Origin: an uncultured Holophagales bacterium
Lineage (GTDB): Bacteria > Acidobacteriota > Thermoanaerobaculia > Multivoradales > UBA5704
Length of the DNA stretch: 64,000 nucleotides
Direction of reading: 5' to 3'
NCBI GenBank assembly: GCA_963842525.1
Contig: CAWJGT010000009.1
Coordinates: forward strand, 1,888,001-1,952,000
Below are positions 55,201 through 64,000 of the stretch, one piece after another (the stretch's first letter is position 1; each line of letters starts with the position of its first letter). The notes under the pieces are model-generated. The model was given only the letters and a program-made list of their open reading frames with translations, made no database searches and had not been told where the DNA came from. A program made the position numbers and the translations under genes.

Positions 55201-57232
55201 GCTCCGCGTCACTTACCTCGACGGCGAAGGACGGCACACCTACGATTCCAACGGCAGCTTCGGCATCTCGCTGGAGTATGACGGGCGCGGGCGTGTCAAG
55301 GCGGAGACGGCCCTCGACGAGCGCGGGCAGCCGATCCTCACCACCCTCGGGATCGCCCGGCTCGCGCTCGAATACGACGACCATGGCAACATCGCCCTGG
55401 CCTCGTTCTTCGACGAGAAGCAGCGGCCGACCCGCCGCGTCGGAGGGATCGCGCGCATGGCGTGGAAGTATGACGAAGAAGGCAATCGGATCGAGGAATC
55501 CTACCTGGACGCTGGCGGCCAGCCGTTGCGCGCCCAGAACGGATTCGCCAGGAAGCAGCTTAGGTACGACCCGCGCCGCGACGTGGTCGTCGAAGAAGCC
55601 TATTTCGACGAGAGAGGCCACCCCGCATACAACGACGAGGGGATCGCGAGGTGGCGGTCGGAGCACGACCCGGGGAAGCGGGTGGAGAAGCTGCTCTATC
55701 TCGACCAGGCAGGCGAGCCGATGTTGAGCCTGCGGGGAGCGGCCCAGAAGTGGGCCCGGTCCGACGAGCTCGGCAACGTCGTCGAAGAGTCCTATCACGG
55801 TTTCCAGGCCGAGCCTGTGGCCATCTCGGCGGGCTACGCGACACTCGCGACAACCTACAACGAGCGGGGGACTCCGACCCGCGTCTCCTACTTTGATCCC
55901 AATGGACAGCCGGCGTGGGTCCGGCACGACGAGAAGGATCAACGGGGGCAGACGATTCTGGAGATCTCGGGTTGCGCAGGCGTCGAGAAGACCTACGACA
56001 CCCGCGGGTACCTGTCCGAGCTGACGTGCCTGGATGATCAAGGGCGGCCGACGAGGTCCGCCGAGGGCCATACGACGGTGAAGCTCCATCACGACGAGCG
56101 TGGATATCGGATCGGTAAGAGCTTCCTCGATGCGGACCGGAATCCTTTTGCGGGACCCGACGGCATCGCCCGGATCCGCTGGCGTTGCGACCGGTTCGGC
56201 AACCCGATCGAGGAGACCTACTTCGATCCCTCCGGCCGGCCGACCCTGCACGCCGGTGGATACGCGAAGGTGGCCCGGAAGTACGATTCCTGGGGCTCTC
56301 CCGTGGAAGAGCGCCACCTTGATGGAGAAGGCCGGCTGGCCCACGGCTATGCACGGGCCGTGACGCGCTACGGCATCCGGGGAGAGCCCCTGGAGATCGC
56401 CTTCTTTGACGAGAAGGGCCTGCCCACCCGGGCCCAGGACGGCTCCGGAAAGATCACCTTCCGTTATGACGGCAAGGGCAGGATGGCGGAAGTCGCCTTC
56501 TTCGACGAGCACAAGGAACCTGTCGCTGCGGGCGTGGCGAGGAAGACTTTCGAGTACGACCTGAGCGGACGACAGGAGCAGGTCGTCTCCTACGATCGCT
56601 GGGGCAACATCCTTGGAAGGGAGACCAGCCAGCCGCTCCGCACCGCCTCCATGCCGCAACCAGCCGCGGCGCGGCCGTTGGAACCGCCGGCCCAGCCTCA
56701 GCCAGAGATCGCAAGGGCCCCATCCCGGCCGGCCGCCAAGGAGCCCGCGCCTGCTGCGAGACCGGACCGCGGCGTTCAGTTGGCCGCCGCCGATCCGGCC
56801 CCTGCCGTCGCGCCGGCTGCTGCCCCGGCCCCGCCAGCCGAACCGCCGGCTGGCGATCTGGAGGCCACCATCTCCGCTCTGGTCTCCGGGAGCGAGAGGA
56901 TCCTAGAGAGCTACGAGGAGTTCCTGGACCGTGAAGAACGCGATCCGGAGGGAGACGAGGCAACGCTCGCCGAGCGGCTGGAGGAGCTCGTCGAGGCGGC
57001 CGAGGAGCTGCAGAAGGCCTTCCGCCGGGCCACGGGCCAGGGGGGCGGGATCCGCAACAGGCTCGGTCTGAACCGGCCCGGCAGCTCGGAGGCAGCCGGC
57101 CTGCTCCAGCAACGGAAGTCGGAGCTGATCCGGCTCGGCTCGGTCATCGACGGCCTCGCCAGGACCTATCCCTTGGGGCCGCAAGCCGCCGCGCAGTGGC
57201 AAGAGATCCAGCGCCACCTCCGGCGACTCTAG
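52228..57232 (+). CDS. DUF4062/TIR-like + nSTAND1-type NTPase + TM + YD/RHS-like repeats (frameshift near 53385)
   Basis: VFISSPGDVGEER...ILWSRLGT...SGTEFE; SPFRGL..F, GMSGCGKSSL, LVDQMEEIFT, LPLLEFTL and AHEALL; TM helix; many YDxxG repeats; Pro/Ala linker and helical C-terminal domain. Confidence 0.88.
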
Positions 57233-57413
57233 GGGGGTGAATACGGAGCAAGCCAGCCCGAATGAACTGGCTGAGCCCATCAGGGGCGAGTTAAAGCCCG
57301 GCGATTCATCGCCGGGCTTTCTCGCCGGCTCACAGCAATGGGCTAGCCTCCAGAATTTGCTTGACGCCGGTTCCCTGGCCTTATAACCTGTACCCATCAC
57401 ACGAGGGAGGTCT

Positions 57414-58297
<884 letters not shown>

Positions 58298-58459
58298 CGA
58301 GCTTCCGCCGTCTCCGACCTCGACGTTGTCCTTGACCTCGGCACGCTTGCGCGTCGTGCCGAGGTAGTTGTCGTTCTCCTCTGTCACTCCTGCGATTCCT
58401 CGCGAGATCGTCCCACTACAGGACCAGGAGCTCGGCTCCGTTTCAACAAGGAGGAAGAC

Positions 58460-60451
58460 ATGAGAACAGCTCTGTGTATGGCCCTGTTCGTTCTGTTCCT
58501 TGCCGGACCGCTGACCGCAGCCGATGACCCGCTGGCGCAGGCGGCCAAACTGTCGAAGTCCGCCACCGAGGCGACGAAGGCGGCGAACGCCGCAGTCCTC
58601 AAAGAGCTGCCGTTCCAGAACCGCGAAGACTTCGCGGAGGCGCAGCGCGGGCTGATCGCCCCGCTTTCACCGACCGTCGTCAAAGGCTCCACCCCTGTAC
58701 CAGTCTGGAACCTGGATGCCTATACACGGTTCGTCAGCGTCGACACCCCCGCGCCCGACACCGTCAACCCCAGCCTCTGGCGGCAGCTCCAGTTGCTGAC
58801 CATCGCGGGCCTGTTTCAAGTCACCGACCGGGTGTACCAGGTCCGCGGCTATGACCTCTCCAATATCAGCATCATCGAAGGGGACACGGGCCTGATCATC
58901 ATCGATCCGCTGATCAGCGAAGAGACCGCGCGGGCGGCCCTCGACCTCTACTACAAGAACCGGCCGAGGAAGCCCGTCGTGGCGGTGATCTTCACCCACA
59001 GCCATGTCGATCACTACGCCGGCGTCATGGGGGTCGTCTCGGAAGAGGATCTCAAGGCCGGCAAGGTGAAGATCATCGCCCCTGAAGGCTTCCTGGACGA
59101 GGCGGTGAGCGAAAACGTGATGGCCGGCAATGCGATGGGCCGCCGCGCCACCTATATGTACGGGGCCTTCCTGCCCAAGGGGCCGAAGGGCCAGACGAGC
59201 GCCGGCCTCGGGCTCACCAACTCGCTCGGAACCCAATCGCTCCTCGATCCGACCGACACCATCACCGAGACGGGGCAGGAGATGGCGATCGACGGAGTGC
59301 GCATCGTCTTCCAGCTCACCCCGGGCACCGAGGCGCCCGCGGAGATGAACTTCCATTTCCCTCAATTCAAGGCCCTGTGCATGGCCGAGAACATGGCCGC
59401 CACCTTTCACAATGTTTTGACCCTGCGCGGCGCCAAGGTGCGCGATCCGCTGCGGTGGAGCAAGTACATCCAGGAGGCGATCGATCTTTTCGGAGATGAG
59501 GCGCAGGTGGTCTTCACCAGCCATCACTGGCCGAAGTGGGGCCGCGACCAGATCCTCAACTACATGTCGAAACAGCGTGACCTCTATAAATACATCAACG
59601 ACCAGGCGGTGCGGCTGTTCAACCAGGGCTACACCATCATCGAGCTGGCGGAGATGATCGAATTGCCCCCGAGCCTTGCGCAGGAGTGGTTCAACCGCGG
59701 CTACTACGGAACCGTCAACCACAATGCCAAGGCGGTCTACCAGCGCTTTATCGGCTGGTTCGACGGCAACCCGGCGCACCTCTACACCTACCCGCCGTCC
59801 GAGGGGGGGAGGCGTTACGTCGAATTTATGGGAGGTGCCGACGCGGTCCTCGCGAAAGCGGAGGAGTCGTTCGCCAAAGGAGACTACCGCTGGGTGGCCG
59901 AGGTGGTGAGCCACGTGGTCTTCTCCGACCCGGAGAACCGGCGGGCGCGGAACCTGGAAGCCGACGCCCTCGAGCAACTCGGCTATCAGGCCGAGAGCGG
60001 CCCCTGGCGCGACTTCTTCCTGATGGGGGCGCAGGAGCTCCGCGTCGGAGTCTTCAAGCCGGGCGGCACGAGCGGCGGCGTGAGCTCCGACATCATCCAG
60101 GCCATGGACGCCGACCTGCTGCTCGACTACGTCGCCATCCACCTGAACGGCCCCCGCGCGGCCGGCAAGACCGGCAGCTATGACTTCGTCTTCACCGACC
60201 TCGGCCAGACCTGGCGGGTGACCCTGCAGAACGCGGTGCTCCAATACGCACAGGTGCGCCCGGGCACGGCGGCGGACGCCACGCTCACGCTCACCCGTGT
60301 CACGCTGAACTCGGTCATCGGCGGCGAGACGACCTTCGATCAGGCGGTCCGCTCGGGCTCCATCCAGGTGAGCGGCAGCATCGCCAAGGCGACCGAGCTG
60401 TTCTCGCTGATGGACACCTTCGACTCCTGGTTCAATATCGTGACGCCGTGA
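58460..60451 (+). CDS. Alkyl/aryl sulfatase (SdsA1/BDS1 family: MBL fold + dimerisation + SCP2-like domains)
   Basis: VNPSLWRQ, YQVRGYDLSN, THSHVDH, TPGTEAPAEM, TLRGAKVRD, HHWP and GWFDGNPA motifs. Confidence 0.96.
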   Translation: MRTALCMALFVLFLAGPLTAADDPLAQAAKLSKSATEATKAANAAVLKELPFQNREDFAEAQRGLIAPLSPTVVKGSTPVPVWNLDAYTRFVSVDTPAPDTVNPSLWRQLQLLTIAGLFQVTDRVYQVRGYDLSNISIIEGDTGLIIIDPLISEETARAALDLYYKNRPRKPVVAVIFTHSHVDHYAGVMGVVSEEDLKAGKVKIIAPEGFLDEAVSENVMAGNAMGRRATYMYGAFLPKGPKGQTSAGLGLTNSLGTQSLLDPTDTITETGQEMAIDGVRIVFQLTPGTEAPAEMNFHFPQFKALCMAENMAATFHNVLTLRGAKVRDPLRWSKYIQEAIDLFGDEAQVVFTSHHWPKWGRDQILNYMSKQRDLYKYINDQAVRLFNQGYTIIELAEMIELPPSLAQEWFNRGYYGTVNHNAKAVYQRFIGWFDGNPAHLYTYPPSEGGRRYVEFMGGADAVLAKAEESFAKGDYRWVAEVVSHVVFSDPENRRARNLEADALEQLGYQAESGPWRDFFLMGAQELRVGVFKPGGTSGGVSSDIIQAMDADLLLDYVAIHLNGPRAAGKTGSYDFVFTDLGQTWRVTLQNAVLQYAQVRPGTAADATLTLTRVTLNSVIGGETTFDQAVRSGSIQVSGSIAKATELFSLMDTFDSWFNIVTP

Positions 60452-60495
60452 CATAGAATCCTCGGGAACGACCAAACCGACAGGGGATTCAGGGA

Positions 60496-60963
60496 ATGAG
60501 CAACCTCGATGGACTGGCAGCCTGCGCGGGGAGCTGGAGCGGCACGAACCGGCTCGAGGATCCGCACAACAACCTGGCTGAGGACTCGCCGGGGACCGCG
60601 ACCGTGACCCCCGTGCTGGGCGGCAGGTTCGTCCGGCTCGACTACACCTGGGCTACCAGGGCAAGCCGCAGGAGGGATCTATTCTGTTGGGCTGCGACCC
60701 GAAGGAAGGCACCGTCTCCGCGAATTGGGTCGATTCCTGGCACATGGGCAGGAAGATGATGACGTGCCAGGGTAAGGTGTCAGACGACGGCGCCCTCTCG
60801 GTGCGCGGTTCCTATGCCGCGCCTCCGGGTCCTGATTGGGGTTGGCGGATCGACGTCACCCCTGGTGGCTCTGAGGGCCGAGGCGCTCCGGATGGTGATG
60901 TATAACATCTGGCCGGAGGGGAAGGAAGAGCTCGCGGTCGACGCGTCGTACACCAGGGCTTGA
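60496..60963 (+). CDS. DUF1579-like protein (frameshifted)
   Basis: GSWSGTNRL, WVDSWHM and GSYAAPPGPDWGWRI across frames. Confidence 0.7.
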
Positions 60964-61022
60964 GGCGCTTCAGACATCGCCTGGGCACGATAGTTGGGCA
61001 AAGGAATTCAGGGCAGGCGTGT

Positions 61023-61048
61023 GTAGGGGCAACCCTTGTGGTTGCCCT
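61023..61048 (+). repeat. Single GTAG-type REP
   Basis: gtaggggcaacccttgtggttgccct. Confidence 0.7.
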
Positions 61049-61229
61049 CGGTCTCTCCGACCGTCCTCTTCGGAGTCGGCGACCGCGCGGAAGGTCGAGT
61101 CCTGGAAACGGGTGATATAGAGGTCGTCGGGCAGCCAGGCACGGACGCTCCGGCCGTCGCGGATCGCCCTGATGGGCCATTCGCGCGGCGGCGACGAGGT
61201 AGACTGAAAGCTAGCGAGGAGAAGCCGGA

Positions 61230-62571
61230 ATGTTGGAACCAGTCCTCGTCAGCGCGTTGCTCGGCGCTGGTATCTTGCTCGGCGTGGTCAGGACGCGCCA
61301 ACGCCTGCGGGCCTGGCAGAATGCTGTGGAATCGTGCGGCTTGCAGGATGTGGAGGTCTCTGGCTGGAAGCCGCGGCTCACGGCACAAGCGGGATCGATA
61401 AGGGTTCGCATTGAGGCTTGTCGAGGCAAAGGGCGATCCGCTCGAATTGTGGCCCTGGTTCCAGGCCCGCCGGGTTTCCACAACATAAGGATCCGCCCTG
61501 AGTTACCCTTGCGGTGGACGCCGGAGATCTAGATCGGAGCCCCGTTTTTCGACGACTCATTTTTCATTGAGGGACCGGCGAAGCTTGTATGTGCGCTGCT
61601 CGACGCAGAGACTCGCCGTCTGCTGACCAGCATCCATGCCGACAGCCGCTGGCTGGAGGTCGTCAATGGCGAGCCTCCGAGCAGAGAGGTTCCGCAACGG
61701 CATCTCGTCCGTCTTGCCACTCCTCCTCGACCTCGCCCGGAGGCTCGCTCAGCCTCTGGACATCCCGCAACGCCTGGCCGAGAACGCCCGCCGGGACCCC
61801 GAGGCCGGGGTACGGCTTCAGAACCTGTTCGTTCTGGTTCGTGAGCTCCCTGAGGATGATCCGGTGACCGCCGAGGCGCTTCGCACGGCCTGCTCGGACC
61901 CAAGCCCGGCGATCCGGCTGCGCGCGGCCAGAAAGCTGGGGGCCGAAGGCCGCAGCGTCCTCGTGGAGCTTGTGGAGAGCCTGGAGGATGACACCTCGAG
62001 CGCGCAGGCCATCTCGATCTTGGAGCGCGAGCTGCCGTCCGAGCGTACGATCGCCATCCTCGACCAGGCCTTGCAGAGGCGCCGCCTCCAGACGGCCCAC
62101 GCCTGCCTGGTGTTGCTCGGCCGCTATGAGTTCACCCCAGTGGACACGCTCGCGAACGTGATGGCGCGCGAAAGCGGTGAGTTGGCGGTGACCGCGGCAC
62201 TGGCCCTGGGAGAGACTGGAAACGCCGCGGCAGAGCAACCGCTGATCCTGGCCCTCCAGCGTGGGCAGGCAGATCTTCGGGTCGCCGCAGCCAACGCGCT
62301 GGCTCGCATCGGCTCGGTTGCAGCCGTGCTGCCGCTGAAAGAAGCGGCCGAACGCTTCCCGCGCAACTCCGCGCTCCTCTCGGCCACGCGGCAGGCGATT
62401 GCCGAGATCCAGTCCCGCATCCAGGGCGCCTCGCCCGGTCAGCTCTCGCTGGCTGCAACCGAAGCCGGCCAGTTGTCATTGGCAGAGGCCGAGGCAGGCC
62501 GGCTTTCGCTCGCCACGGACACGGGCGGGCGGCTTTCGTTTCAAGGCTCCGAAGAAGGGGTGACAGATTGA
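61230..62571 (+). pseudogene. HEAT-repeat paralog 5, broken
   Basis: In-frame TAG at 61530 where the paralogs have GAG (EIEIG), plus a frameshift in the 61640-61680 region; GQLSL tail retained. Confidence 0.8.
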
Positions 62572-62924
62572 CTCCGCTGGGAGCGCCGGCTCCCTTGCCG
62601 CCTTCGGCGGCTCGGACACCGTGATGTTTCTCGGCGGCTCGGAACTCCCAGGGTCGGCCAGAAGCCGCCGTCGCAAAGCCGAAACTGAGACACTTATTTC
62701 GTGACGAGCCCTAACCAAAGAAAGGCCGGCCCTTAGCCGGCCGGCAGGATGCCGGCAAGGCTTCACGCCGGGCTCTCCTCTGGGGTTGGGGCGGCCAGCC
62801 TATAACAGGCGCCGGGAGGGATGAAGAAGGGGGGGCGGCGTGTTAGTCTGGTTATGACGCAAGGCGGCCGGACCTTGGCTAGAATGAAGGCCTGCCGCTC
62901 TTCCGCGCGGCTAAGGGGAACACC

Positions 62925-63356
62925 GTGAGCTTGAGCACCGCCCATTACGCCCGCTGCATAGAGACCTTGGAGAGCTCCCTCTCTTATTTGCGGCAAGCGG
63001 AAGCCGAAAGCATCGACTACGAGATCTTCCGTAACGCCGTGATCAAAGGATTCGAGCTCACTCTAGAGACTGCGGGAAAGCTGCTGCGAAGAGCCCTCCA
63101 GGCTTTTGTTGGCAGCCCGCGTGCAGTTGCTGCGCTGAGCTACAAGGATGTTTTACGCCACGCTGCCAGTCATGGACTGATGAGCACCGAGACCGTAGCC
63201 AGGTGGTTCACTTATCGTGACAACCGGAACAATACAGCCCATGACTACGGAGTGGGTTTCGCCGAGGAGACTCTGAAGCTGTTGCCAGCCTTCATCGAGG
63301 ATGCACGCACGTTGGAAGCCACCTTGCGGGAGAAGTTGGGCGATGCCGAAACTTGA
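62925..63356 (+). CDS. HEPN (HI0074-type nucleotidyltransferase substrate-binding) protein, putative toxin
   Basis: RNAVIKGFELTLE; RNNTAHDY (Rx4H). Confidence 0.9.
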   Translation: MSLSTAHYARCIETLESSLSYLRQAEAESIDYEIFRNAVIKGFELTLETAGKLLRRALQAFVGSPRAVAALSYKDVLRHAASHGLMSTETVARWFTYRDNRNNTAHDYGVGFAEETLKLLPAFIEDARTLEATLREKLGDAET

Positions 63357-63663
63357 CCTTGGGCGGGAGAGTCTCGAGATGGTACGGCGTCTGCTCGCCT
63401 CCCATGTCCCCGCGACCGAAGTCTGGGCGTACGGAAGCCGCGTGACCGGCCAGGCGCACGACGGCAGCGACCTCGACCTCGTGGTCCGCGATCCGATTGA
63501 ACCGGCACATCCCCAGAAGGGATTGGCTGAGCTGCGAGAAGCCCTTTCGGAGAGCGATCTTCCGATTCTGGTCGACGTCTTCGACTGGGCGCGCCTCCCG
63601 GATCACTTTCGCCGGGAGATCGAGCGGGCGCATGTGGTGGTGTGGAGCGGGGCTCCTGCCTGA
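63343..63663 (+). CDS. Minimal nucleotidyltransferase (MNT), putative antitoxin
   Basis: VWAYGSRVTG...SDLDL and SDLPILVDVFD motifs; overlaps the HEPN gene. Confidence 0.9.
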   Translation: MPKLDLGRESLEMVRRLLASHVPATEVWAYGSRVTGQAHDGSDLDLVVRDPIEPAHPQKGLAELREALSESDLPILVDVFDWARLPDHFRREIERAHVVVWSGAPA

Positions 63664-63709
63664 CCCTCTGCGGGGCTCCGGATGCACCTATAGAGGAGAA
63701 AGGGGGAGT

Positions 63710-63970
63710 CATGACCCGAAACGCCTGGTTGTCTCTGATTGCCGCCGCTGTTCTCGGGGGCGTGCTTCGCCGGCGCCCTCTGTCATCCTGCTAACACCGG
63801 CCGAGAAAGCCCGTCGTAGCGGTGATCTTCACGCACAGCCACGTCGATCACTACGGCGGTGCGGCTGTTCAACGCAGACGCAGCGGGATGCGTCCGCGGA
63901 TGCCACGCTCACGCTCACACATCGTGACGCCGTGACATAGGATCCCTGGGGACGACCGAGCTGACAGGGA
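63710..63970 (+). pseudogene. Multiply deleted remnant of an alkyl sulfatase paralog
   Basis: Consecutive blocks match 58961-59020, 59605-59623, 60272-60294 and 60437-60486 of the intact gene and its 3' flank. Confidence 0.85.
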
Positions 63971-64000
63971 GGGTTGCGATAGCATCCTGCCGACGGGAGG

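Noticed and set aside
44764-56659. Long minus-strand ORFs (1098, 547, 538 and 938 aa)
   Set aside because: They are antisense shadows of real GC-rich genes and have no motifs of their own.
53102-57232. Rhs polymorphic toxin
   Set aside because: No RHS core cleavage motif, toxin tip or immunity gene was seen, and the repeats follow a STAND domain and a TM helix.

Overview
High-GC bacterial window, probably Acidobacteriota (inferred from a GWxTD-like/VWA fusion protein and dense REP-like palindromes). Many unrelated genes carry single-base frameshifts, most consistent with uncorrected long-read errors, so several gene ends are stitched across frames. Housekeeping and accessory genes (dipeptidase, YjbQ, PhoD, MacAB-like transporter, ABC permease-M1 peptidase, desaturase, alkyl sulfatase) are interleaved with an immunity-rich accessory set. 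(1) Two NACHT-FGE-sulfatase NLR-like genes whose 3' ends look like DGR variable repeats with a downstream hairpin; one is coupled to a Bell-like helical protein that shares a Gly-rich amyloid-like motif with the NLR N-terminus. (2) An integron-type cassette array (attI-like site, 4 attC-like sites, two TIR cassettes, no IntI) whose first large unit is a tyrosine recombinase + IS91-type transposase ending in its own attC-like hairpin. (3) An Hsp70-like gene followed by four tandem membrane-anchored HEAT-repeat paralogs with GQLSL decapeptide tails, plus a fifth, broken copy. (4) Three arrays of a 6-7 bp motif phased every 20-22 bp. (5) Further TIR/STAND genes, a RAYT with its REPs and a HEPN-MNT pair. 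No rRNA, tRNA, CRISPR array or reverse transcriptase was recognised. All family assignments come from motif recognition by eye, not from database searches.
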